Below the pieces are notes generated by a model. That model was not told where the DNA came from. It did no database searches and saw nothing but the letters and a program-made list of their open reading frames with translations. This document shows, in pieces, positions 23,401 to 35,400 of a stretch of 64,000 nt of DNA. Source of the stretch: Trichoplax adhaerens (lineage: Eukaryota > Animalia > Placozoa); the NCBI RefSeq assembly GCF_000150275.1, contig NW_002060958.1, positions 224,966 through 288,965 of the forward strand, in the 5' to 3' direction. The position numbers and the translations under genes were made by a program. The number at the start of each line of letters is the position of its first letter. Positions within the stretch are counted from its first letter, which is position 1.

Positions 23401-26400
23401 CCACAGAATCTAATCCAGCTTTAAGTTGTACTAGACAGTCAGAATGCGGTTTACTAACGGTGTGACACACGACTAATCGCATTAAATATGATTTGATGAT
23501 TATTGATACTAGTCGGACCCACGCTCGTTCTACTTCTACTGTACTTTTTAATCAAGTATAAATTGATTACGGATACACATCAATAGCCGAAAAAGATATA
23601 ACATACTAAAGTCAATATCCATCGCTACCACAGCAAAAGTATTGTATATATATATATATAGATATAGGTAGGTATGAATAGTAGATTTGAATATTTTTAG
23701 TGGTTGGGCGTTAAGCATTTTTCGAAGTAATGCATGTACTTTTCTTTATCAAGGGCGGTGGTGCCCTTGATAAAATACTACGCCCCTACAAGGCACCCAC
23801 AGTGCTATAGAAGGCAAACGGCAAAGACAAACGACGGGTGATCATCGTTGTACTAAATTCTCGTGCTGTATCTGTTATTAATCCATACTGAAATTGGGGA
23901 TTAGTACAATAGAATAAGACGATAACATAACATAGATACACGTCATTACATGAGAATGTAATTAATAAGGGTGTTGCGCTAATTAATCTTTGGATGCAAA
24001 ACGTATTACCTCGTTTACCATGGATAAATAATTCATGCGAACAGAATATCTCAGGGGCAGAGTCAATTGTCAGGTTTACAACATACACTTGTAGTACTGT
24101 ACTTTTCCACTACAATTTGCTAATTCATCTTTCTTTTAGACAGGAAGCCGTAGTCACTGGCGTCACTGATAACAGCTTTTCTTCTAATGTTATTATGTAT
24201 GTAACAATAGCAATCTTCTTTAACGATTAGGCTACAATTATTACTAGACTTTTAATAATATTTTCTACTTTATTAACGTCAAGCCACATGCATACCATCC
24301 TGAATTGCAATGCGATCACATCTAGAGATGTCAAGTAGGAATCGACATTTTATAGAAGTCGTGTATAATAATATCTACAGTAATCAGCTAGTATAATTCT
24401 CTTAAGCTAAGTAAAAATATAGATTTCAACTTTTCGTTCAGTATAAATCTACAGAGTACCGGAAATCACTCTCTAAGATGCAATACAGTGACATTAGCAG
24501 TATATAATGATCATTAATATCGTTAGTAAAAAAAGCAAAGATACCTAACGTATACATAAGTTAAGTTAAAATTTGATGGCTTGAAGTTATCTAATACAAT
24601 CTGATAAGTGAAACGTATAATTTTTAGCTGATATCAGGTACTGTAGATACATGCAACAAAGGATTAATGTAGGAAACTTTCAAAACATATTATACAGTAT
24701 ATTCGTTAAGATTACTCTGAATGATACTGGATTATCAGTAATATGACTTGTACCTATTAACATTTATAACTTTGTACGACCATTCGCATGAAATTACGCA
24801 CACAAACGAGATAGCAGTTAGCGAATAAGAAATAAATTCAATATCAAGTACGAAATAAACTTGGGATTTATGAGAGATACATTATTAGAGTTAGATCCTG
24901 TTCGTCAAGAAATGAGGATTAAAATTTTAAAATTCACAGTCTCGACGTCTATTTAATGTATCCCTCCCTCCCTCTAGGATTGCTGGTAAGGAGAATATTC
25001 AACTTAATGATAAAAACCTTACTAATAATAAATACGATAGCATTACAATAACAGTACAAAGCATTGCAAGTAAATCAATCGTAACGTTCATTTCATCAAT
25101 ACGTTACGCCAATTATAATGTGGGAGGGAGGTAGATGACAGATGCCACTAAAAACAGGCTTCCCCTGTCGAAATACGCACGCATTATTAACCCTAAATAA
25201 CATGCACACTTTGCATATCACAAATATTTTCATTTTCAATGTTTGATTTCTTCTCCATAACATAATCGTTTCACGCGAAGCAAAGATACCCGCTTTATCA
25301 ATAAAAACAACAATCATACCGATAACAGAAATAATCTAATTTTTTCAACAATTTATCGAGATTGAAGTTTATTACCGATAGTACTGTATTGGACTCTACT
25401 GTAGTTCCTACATGATACAATCAGCTATAGCTGTTATTCTCATTATCGGCCATCAAATTATAGTAAACAAATTGAATACCAAACCAACTGACGAAAACAG
25501 ACTTGCCCTCATATTGATAAACTATTACTATGTGTACATAATTCGTAATGGTCATATTTTATAGGTAACTAATAAAAGAAGCACTAAAATACAATGTCGT
25601 AGTCTTATCCATATATGGTTATTCCTTATCCTTTTCATCGGTAATACATGCATGCTATCAACACATACTTTAATCGGTTAATAGGATAACGTAGGGCATA
25701 GGTATGAATACATGTAGGAAGTTTATTAGCCCAAAGAACTTGAAAAATTTTTTTTTGAATGCTGACAGACTACCCGTAGAGCGTATGTTTTGAATTTTTG
25801 TCCTTCATCCCTTTTATCTTATAAATTGAATTTCATAATAGCGTCTCCAAGAAGTAATCGATTCAATTAAACGTATGGTAATAGTAACTATTATCGGCCG
25901 AGTCAAACACATAGAATTCGTTCGATCCGTTAACACATTTGTTATATCTAATTTCTCGACGTAAAAATTTTTATCTCTCTGACGTGGTCACGTTTATCGA
26001 AATCCAACAATTAAACGTTTCCATTCTTATTTTTCATTATAAGTATAATAGAATAGTACAGTTACTTTCTACATATTTACTCTAGTACTTACTTGTCCTG
26101 GCAAAAAGAACAAATGTGTGATCACCACATCGCTCATGTGGCGAACTGTAAATTCGACTCCAGGTTGGCCATAACTGTAAAGGCAATTAAGGATACATAA
26201 TCGAAAAGAAGCGATACAACAACAAGTAAAAAAATTAAGAAAGCAAGTACGTTCCTAGTATCTCTATCAAGTAGTCATACTATACAGTACATTATTATAC
26301 AATCCACAAATGATCATTTAATATAAAACTTGGTCATGATTGTTCGGAGCCTAACCTCTAATTTCGATTAAATAGAAGTACATTTTCGAGGTGTACAAAG

Positions 26401-29400
26401 TTAATAATAATCTCATCCTACAGGAGATGTTTCAGACACTTATCAGCAGCATCATACGAATGTCAATATCCCGACTATAACATTCCGTGAAATTGTACAT
26501 GCTTACATATCTAATTATGAGATAGTGCCTTTCCATCCTATTTCACTAGAAGGATATATTTTTGCCCTGTAGCATTTACAGCATTACGCTTTACTACACC
26601 TCGTTAACTACATTGAAATTATTGATAACGCAGTACCAGGGAGTGCTGTTAAAAATAGTACAGTATTACAACATGAACAGTTTCAAAGATAATTTATATA
26701 ATCATCTTATACGCATATAGTTTTAGCCTTTAGTATCATCATACAGCACGATCTTCAAATAGCAGCAGGTTCAATTAATTAATAAAATTGTAAAATAACT
26801 TTCCCTAGTGATAGTTCATCTTACTAGGATAATAAATGTAGTAGTATATAATGTATTACATGATGAATAACGATCTTAAAACAATACAGTGCATCTTTAC
26901 AATTAGGACTACGCCGTAGGCTTTTAAAATTTTACCTATAGGTAAAATGCAAAGAACATCGTTCAACTATCCTTAAGCGGCTTTTAAAATTTTACCTAGC
27001 TTACTACACTATAACTTAGTGACACATGGCTTACTATTTTCGAGGATCAACTCAAGTAGCAACGTCGGACTACAATGAAAAGATCAATACAAAGTACTAT
27101 GTAGGATAAAAATGTCGGGCAATTAATCGCGTCATCATAAAAAAAGAGAAGTTCCACTAGAACTATAAGACACTCGTTGAATAGTTTAAATCCACCAAAT
27201 TTGACTTAGCATTATATACTGTACGTTACTATTCAACTCGTCATATAAAATTTCAATTACATGGAAAATTACACCGTAATAATCACGATAGTAGATAGCA
27301 AAAGAATTCTTCAAATTCAAATTAATGCATCTATCAATTGAGTGTATGCTACCTGTGCAGTTAATAATACTACTGTACACATCAATGCTTGCTGCAAGTA
27401 AATTCTTTCAAGAAATAGGCAACAGATTCATTTGAAATTTTCCCCTTTGATATTAGTAACACTGATCTTACGATTGAAGCATAATCATTCCTTAGAATTT
27501 AGTCAAGATACAGTAAAGCAGACAGCGAAAAATCTTGTGCGTACTCATAGTTTGCGTATCACTTGAACTCTATTGTTGTAGAAGTGTAAAGCATTTTTTT
27601 TTTATTTCATCGATTAGTAGTCTAACAGCATAAAGTACAGTAACCATTTGGCCGGTTTGGAGTCTAGAAAAGGCTAGATGAAAAATGGGGATGTAGAGAA
27701 GATAATGACAAGTAGTGCAGATAAAATGATCGCTAGGTGATTTTAACTGATGTACGATTGCCGACGATTCAGTATTTAGCAAGGCGATCAAGTTTAAAGC
27801 GAAACTATTTGTACTACAAATATGTAAAACAACTCATTTTGTATTTGTTTAGGAGTGAACAGCATTATACACACATAGCCGTGTGCCATATGTTCGAATC
27901 TCTGAATAGGCGTAAAATAATAACTACCGTATCATGGATTTTTGTCGTCGCTATCACTCCATTGCACTCCCTTTTCAATGTCTACTTAGTCCATTCTAGT
28001 GTATGATAGGGAACTGGCTTAATGATCTACATCATTTTCAATACTGGAAACTGCAACTGCGGAGCCTTTCGACTACGATAGTAGTACAATCCAAAACTGC
28101 AGACTAGTATACAAAGTGGATGAATAAATGCTACTGAGTGTCGCCATGTTTAAATCATTGTTGCGAGTAATTATTGAACACTATAGCGTAATGCTCCACC
28201 CATCAATACCATTCAACAGTCTGCAAGTTGAGTGACGACTGACTAGATCGAGAATTATCCGTTCAAACTAGCTAGTAAAGCCTGCAATTTTCAATCAATA
28301 CATGACATATCGTAGTAGTATGCTTGTCGGTGGAAAACTAACCAGTCAAAATCAGCCTACTGTATACGAGCAAATAGGTGAAGGATGCCAATGTAAAGGT
28401 CAACAACGTTGGAAAGGAATCATTAGTGAGTACTCTACTAGACAGCATTGTGTAAACATCAGTCATAGGATAAGATATAGGACTAATCTAGTCAAAGAAC
28501 ATTGAATGATTGGTCGATCCCAACCGGATACTGTCGATGGATTAGAGTATTTGTCTTCAAAGTCCCTGACTAGTATGATGATAAAGAAGCTCCTACCCCA
28601 AAATGACAATCCTACATCAACATAAGAAAAACGAATCTGTGGTATGAACGTCTACTATTCGCCATGATCTAATCAACAAAACAATTATTTATGGACAAAT
28701 GCTTTGTTCAAATTCAGTCAACTTGTTACACTAGTGAACTAGTATACAGTATCATGTATCGTTGATGTTGTTTGCTGAAAAATGAATATTACTGTGGTCC
28801 ATTGATGCAGTGAATAGACTATTATTGTATACTATAGGTTAGGATACACCCTGATTACTCCATTTTGAGTTCCAATGGCCAGCAATCGCAGTTTAGGATC
28901 ATAAGCGATGGCGCTTGGGCGATGAGGGAAGCCAAACTGTACCGTCTATAATAGTAAAAACAAGAGTGCAAGCTTTGATTAAAATATGCATTAAAACAAC
29001 CAACATAGCAAGTTTGACCGACTGTTTGGTATCCAATTGGATTGTAAACGTGTAGACTATTTACGTGTTTCATTCATGCAAAAAAAAAAAGAAAAGCCAA
29101 ACGAATGTAGCAATATAAACAGCAATCTAGTGGTGACTGTATTGGCAGTCCAAGTCAATTCTATTTCTTCTACAGTACTTCCTGGCCTATTCTAACTGAC
29201 AACAGTAGAGGTGCATGTTCCCCCAAAAAGAAATGAGACTTGCATCACGCAGAAAAATAATCCTGATTGATTGACATGAACTTATGATTCATTCAAGACC
29301 GACAGCACAGTCATATGACGTGTAAAATGGCTGCAGGAAAACAAAAATGGATTTTGATTTTATACATTGAATCATCATTGCAAAGAGCAATCAATGTCAA

Positions 29401-31095
29401 TGCTATCTACCGTTTTATTTCATTTTTTTTTTTTTTTTTTTTTTTTTTTCTAGTCTACAAGTACAGAAGAAAACGACTACGGCCAAAGGCAAGCAGGCTG
29501 TAGTGGCCGCGGTAATATGTGTAGTATGGAATATTACCATTGGTGATGCTCGTGTGGTCTAGTGAAGAACGAACGGGCCCCTTTGATGGCCGGTTTCTGT
29601 CATGAAAGAGCACGATCTTGCAAAGGTTGACCCTGGAATGTTGCCCGTGGTAGTCTTGACGTCAGTCGAGTATGTACCATTGTCGTGTCCAGGACTAGAC
29701 ACTATTGTCTACAAGTGCTGAGTCAAGTGCTATGGCTCTAGGGTTTAATACTGCTAGGGTGCCACCGTCATGTCCAATATTGCATCATTGGACCCGGTTA
29801 TAGACAGACAGAAACAAGTGCAGTGATTTGCTGAGGAAGAAAAATAGGTGCAGTACGGACGGAATGGGATCGATCTTCTCCAGCGTCACCCTACCTGGTT
29901 TGGTTTGAAAGCACGATCGATCGGTACAGTACAGTACTGCGAGAAGTGAAGCGACGACATGTCGTTCAAGGTGGACGTTCACTCCAAACGACTGTAGGTA
30001 GTGCCGGCGCAGACAGACAGTCCTAGAGTAGCTATTGTCTGAGAATGTGCACTCTGTACAAGCACCTTACAGTGCGCTAAAATAACTGTAAGCAAAGCAA
30101 AAGGCATAGCTCACTTTCCTTTCCGATGCACGCTAAAGTCGTTGATACAGTACGTCCATACTTGAAAAATCAGCAGTATACGTGTAGAGAATGTTCACTT
30201 TCAACTCCTAATCCCTGATTTAATCAATTAAGTCTGCCCTCCAAGGTCGCACCAATCGACACTACTACTATCCAGTGTCTAGTGTACAGTAGTAGTGTCA
30301 ATCAATAAATAAATAAAATCAATCTGTGATAACATAAATGGAAAACTGTGGCCGATCCAATATCACTGTTATCTTATCTTGGCGCTGATAGTAATTTACA
30401 AAACAAGATGCAATCCATAAAATAAATTGAAAAACGTTTGACCTCTAGCCAACGCAATCATCAAGCACTTCTAACTCTGCGTGACTTTATCAATTGAAAG
30501 GGGGGAAAAATACTACAGATCCAAAAGTGCATCCAGGCTACCTATCCAGAAAGACAGGATGACTCCAACTGGCAAGACTACATACTGCATAACACACTTT
30601 GTTGTAGTTTAGTAATGGTCCCAAAATAACACTTCATGACTACATCACAGACGATCGCAATTGGAAATTGATTAAGGCACCGCTATAATCAACGAGACTT
30701 GAACATCAATCAAGATACAAGGCAGAATTATCGGACGATTATTAAGAACCGCAACTATATCTTGGACGAGGATGATAATCAATCAGGCTAAAATGCAGCG
30801 TGGAATAAAATACACCTTATTCAACAATACCAAGTTGTCAGCATTCAAACTGAATCAAACTACTATCTTTATTCATTATCAACGTGTAAGCTGATAAAAC
30901 GTTCGAAAAAGCAAACTTGACTACAGTCAGCCCGCCAAAAAAATCTCTTTTATCCCAATAAATAATCAATTAGAAAAGAAAAGCATGAATATAATTCATC
31001 GATCTTAAACTTACTTTTTTGAAATTAAAATCCTGGTCTCGTTTTTCCTCGTTAGGAGTTGACAGACCAATTAGGTCGCGCAAAAATCGAAACAT
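17437..31095 (-). CDS. LLGL: Lethal(2) giant larvae orthologue (LLGL; WD40 double-propeller polarity protein), ~1033 aa, 20 exons
   Basis: Exons (minus): 31095-31015, 28945-28848, 26174-26093, 22038-21929, 21710-21564, 21448-21376, 21239-21156, 21088-20910, 20813-20659, 20563-19968, 19816-19644, 19538-19450, 19339-18989, 18888-18778, 18672-18617, 18521-18425, 18344-18050, 17960-17933, 17819-17761, 17674-17437 (3102 nt, in frame). Lgl motifs: [96 protein letters not shown], polybasic [27 protein letters not shown]. No tomosyn R-SNARE tail seen. The extreme 3' end is uncertain: it may splice at GAC|GTACGT near 17451 to further small exons around 17100-17260. Confidence 0.93.
17450..17673 (-). 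repeat. Coding minisatellite, 33-bp unit x ~6.5, encoding ([10 protein letters not shown][Q/R])n in the Lgl C-terminal exon
   Basis: Near-perfect copies of CACGTTCTTGTCGTTCTTCTTCTTCTTCTTCTT on +. The in-frame acceptor TAG at 17677-17675 on - joins the previous exon ending ...ARADE. Confidence 0.9.
26175..28847 (-). other. U12-type (minor spliceosome) GT-AG intron, Lgl intron 2
   Basis: The minus-strand donor reads GT|GTATCCTAAC (G at 28847). Branch point TCCTTAAT at 26193-26186 is followed by only 11 nt (TGCCTTTACAG) before the acceptor. The join gives ...GVIRV|YGQPGVEF in frame. Confidence 0.85.
29423..29449 (+). repeat. Poly(T) tract (27 nt) in Lgl intron 1
   Basis: Direct read. Confidence 0.9.
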
Positions 31096-31910
31096 GATCG
31101 GCCAAAGTGGTGTTGCGATTCAACTACCGTCTAACAAGAGATGCAGTAACTGGTAGGTTGGGGTATGCGTGCAACGGCTTTTTACACAGTAGCGTTGGTA
31201 GAATAGTGCCAATTTTGTAGCTCACACTGTTGTCTCCAGCGCTAGGCTCCCACTACAGTACAATAATAACGACGTACCAATGGAAAAAAGCCCTCCTCTG
31301 ACGTAGGATCTACTGTACTATACTTTCCACTAGGGTCTTTTATAGCGTACAGTACATCATGTTGAGCTAGGAACAAGCTATTGTTCCCAATCGGACTCTA
31401 GAAAATTGTCCATCAAAGCGCGTGCTTTGTAAAAAAAAAGTGTTATTTCTTATTGTAATTAATAACCAGTGCATATTTCATATTTTTTCGCCATCTATTA
31501 TGACTTCCTCCTCCCCTCTCCATGACGGTTTGTTCATACTCCACCAAAATGCACGTGATCCACAAAAGTGCTCTCGTCATTCTTGAAATCTCCCACATTG
31601 TTAACCAATCAACAGTCATCGCGACTGAGTAAACTTTCAAAAGATTGCTGGGTTTTAAATGTTGTGACGTCAGACCGGTCAAGACCTTGGACTTTTAAAT
31701 ACACACACACTGTAGACAGTCATGGACTACGAGATGTACACAGAATATCCATCATACTGGACGACCTATTTCGACAGTACAGTGTCAACATCGAGCAACG
31801 TTGATTACTTTCTACGAGACCTGACTTTCTACCTTGCTGTTGAATCCAACAAATCGCTCAAATCTTCATTCAAAATGTCTCCCAAAGTACATCAGTGTGT
31901 GCCACTTGCT

Positions 31911-31993
31911 TGACTCATGACTGAGTCATAACGTGAACAACGCTATACTCATCCAGTTTTATGAGTCACTATTGTGAGTCATAAGTTGACTCA
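31911..31993. promoter_or_regulatory. Homotypic cluster of five AP-1 (TGA[C/G]TCA) sites ~0.8-0.9 kb upstream of the Lgl ATG
   Basis: TGACTCA 31911, TGAGTCA 31922, TGAGTCA 31962, TGAGTCA 31975, TGACTCA 31987. A further TGAGTCA at 32499 and a CRE TGACGTCA at 31665. Confidence 0.7.
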
Positions 31994-32344
31994 CGTCAAA
32001 TGAACTCCACACTCAAGTCAAAATCAAGCAAACTCGGCTGTCCATCACCGCTATGATGGACGCTAGTGTACCATCATGTTCGAGCGGCTAAGCATGATCC
32101 AACGGGCAGTAGAAACTGACGCATGAAAGTTCACTGATTTACCAAAGCAATCTTCAATAGCAAAAATCACTGGACAACAGGTTCATACAATACTATTGAA
32201 ATAAGAATGGGCTGCAATTGTCCATTTCACTTTCTTCACTTGTTCTTGACAGTAGCTGTCAATTTATGATGAAATGATTCTCAGTGAGTCCACCATTCAC
32301 CAGCAATGCCTGCCAGTGACGGTAGCGAGTAGCTACCGAGATGG

Positions 32345-32470
32345 ACTGTATTGTTATACTGTACAGTGTACTCTACATTGTACACTGTACACTCAGTGAG
32401 TGAGTGTACAGTACAGTACAGTCTACAACTGTACAATGTACATGGTACGGTACTGTACTGTACAGTAGAT
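32345..32470. repeat. TACAG/CTGTA pentamer-rich low-complexity tract
   Basis: GTACAGTACAGTACAG and TACTGTACTGTACAGTA runs; palindrome TACTGTACAGTA at 32456-32467. Confidence 0.8.
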
Positions 32471-35400
32471 GTCAAGTCAAGTGCACATTCGTGACTCGTG
32501 AGTCATTCTTGTGCTTTCGGAGATCCGGACGTACTGACTCGCTCTTTCAAATTATTGATTGCTGTAGAGCTATTGTGGGCATCTTATGTACAATATTTAA
32601 AAAGAAAGAAATAAATGAACTTAAATCTCACATTATATTAGCGATTTCCGGACATAATGTCATTTGACGCTATAGTATACAATTTATAGAGCATAAAATC
32701 CTAGCAGAACTAAGGATGAAATCTCATCTTGGCAGTGAATGGAGAACGAAGGATAAATTCGCTGCTGAGGAAGACACAATGCCGTGACCCTAACTTGACC
32801 ATTGAAACCGTCAATGCTGCCTAGAGCTTCTGGGCAAGATATGGATATTGCACAGGAGATTATATAAAAATATTGAGATAGTCATAAAAAAAATAGACTA
32901 ATAACGAAATTACCTATGCAATATCTAGTAATAAAGGCTCCATTGAAGCATCTCTGTGGAGGAGCTTAAATGTCATATACAAGGGATTCAAAAATAAGCA
33001 AACTCTCCATCTACAGCTGCTACAATCTCAGCTGGACTAAGTATCTGCCTACGATAGCTTACGGTAGTCAAGTCTACAGCCATTTTAACATTGTTTTAGT
33101 AAAGGATAGAGCCCTAACTATGTATATTAACTGTACAGTATACTGCTTTAAATTATAACGTAAATTACATGCATGCTATAAACAGCATACGGTAAACGCC
33201 TATTGTCAATGCTAATACTCTACAGTGTACATTCGATAAAAATAGATATATGAGGTACCAATAGGCCGCACAAATGGAGAAGACTAGTGAGTAAGTGGTA
33301 TAATACAAAAAAAATAAATATGGAGATAGCGTATCGCAACTATGCCTGATATAATTAATTTGCTATCGCTCTCAGATTATCATTGCTGGCAGAATATACG
33401 TATTCATTTTACTGTAGTCATGTTGGCAATACACTACACATCAAAGCCAGCGGATTAGAAGAGAGTAACAATTAGTTCGCTCAGCTTACTAAATCAAACT
33501 ACTATTTGATAAGAAACAGTTAAACCATGATCTACAGTATTCCAATTAATATGCACTTATTAATATACATCGATTTATAATATTATACACGTCAATACAG
33601 TAAATAATGAATCAGCTACATTTATTTATCCATAAATATACGATAAGCAGCACTCTGTACAGTTATTATTAAAATATACATAGATATTGGTTAGTCGTTA
33701 ATGCGCTCCTCCCCCTCCACATTCAATATTGCACTACATTTGGTCTTTAGCCTATCGGCGAATACAAAATTTTCGTCGGCTAAAAATCGTTTGAATTATT
33801 GTCATATATCACTGGCAGAGCATATAGATTATTTACGTGCTAGCTGTGTCGCCCTAATTTCTAAAAGTTCATACAACTAAGTATTGTACATAGGACATGT
33901 TGACTCATTCATTAATTAATTATTGCTACACTATTATGCACGTAACACTTAATTCTAAGAATTTATTAAAACAGGCGGTCGATGATCACCTTAGAATATT
34001 TACAATTATATAACTATTGAAATATTTCACTGCAGGCTGGCGATATGTAATTTCTTATCGTATCAAGTTAGTGGAGGTCTTTATTTTGTAAAGTGCATCG
34101 GGAAATATCACGATTATTAAAATATAAATACAGTAGCTTTAATTACTAGTAGATAATTTACATGCTAAGTAAATCTTGTAGCACAATTATACTGTTACTA
34201 GCGTGCTATTATCTACCGATTTTTGAATTTTCAATACATCCAGTACATTAGCTAAAATTGAAATCTTACAGTACTCAGGATCGATTAATTATTGTTCTAC
34301 AAAAAATCATTTTAAGATAATAAAGGAACTCGTTGACGTAAAACTATTTATGAACAACTATATCGAATTTTCTACTGCTATTGCAGGAAAATGATATAAA
34401 ATAGATTCGTCATATTCTTATAAAGTATATCCATTGAATTATTATTAATAAAACATTTTAATGGCTCATTTACCCCTACTAAATCGTATCAGAATTATTG
34501 CAACTTTAGCGAATAATAAAATTTTTATTAAATCCCTATTAGCTGTACAGCAGTTAAACGTAATTTCACAGTATTATTTAATGGCAGGTCTACTGAAATA
34601 TTAAAATTTCTTTCAGTGTATAACAGCAGACATCGCTACAATTATGCTATATCGCACCTCATAATGTTAATGTACATATAATTATAAGCTAGAACTATAA
34701 ATTATAAACTAATTCAATCTAAACAGGTGCTTACTCTTCAGAATTTTTGAAAGAAATACTAAAACTAGAACATAGTCATTCGTAGTGATGGATTGTAAAA
34801 CTAGCTGCTAAAGCTTTCATGTATTTGCAAAAATTATTGTAATCGCCATTAAAAAATATATATAATATTTTCAACAACTTAATTTTGGATTACGTCTCTT
34901 CATTCCTGAAGCTAGTATGTTAAGACCTAAAATCTCTTCTACTGCTACTCTATCCTATTCATGGCTTTATAGTGTATAACTAATAGTTTGCAAAAATCAC
35001 ATCAAATCCTAACGTGGAAACATAATTCTGAAGATACACACCTCTATAAATTTATGACTACTGCAACCAGTCCAAGATAGTAACCATATACAGTATTATA
35101 ATGTTATCAAAAGTACAGTATAATTCTTGTACAAATGCTATTCCATACTCTTTAATTGAAACCGTACTTCATGCAAATTTTACTTAAAAATACATTAAAA
35201 ATGATTGCAACCTATTTCTTTATGTTATCACGACATCGTAACTCGGTACCTTGAATTTAATTACTTAAGTTATACAGCAATTGTATTGATTGCTGTAACA
35301 TCGATAGCAACACTAGCATCAGGTAAGAATAAATAAGCAACTGAATTAAATAATAGAATATTAATAAAGCCTACTGGGTACTGAAGTTAAATTATATTAA

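Noticed and set aside
26929-26948. 20-bp perfect palindrome ATTTTACCTATAGGTAAAAT with an adjacent ~21-bp direct repeat
   Set aside because: AT-rich and isolated; most simply a local duplication or inversion scar.
17437-31095. Tomosyn (STXBP5) rather than Lgl
   Set aside because: The GQGR, GGMxRASxGDRHCV and polybasic aPKC motifs are Lgl-type, and no C-terminal R-SNARE helix is encoded.
31722-31913. 63-aa ATG ORF upstream of Lgl on the opposite strand
   Set aside because: No recognisable domain or splice partners, and it lies in promoter-like sequence; cannot be supported without expression data.
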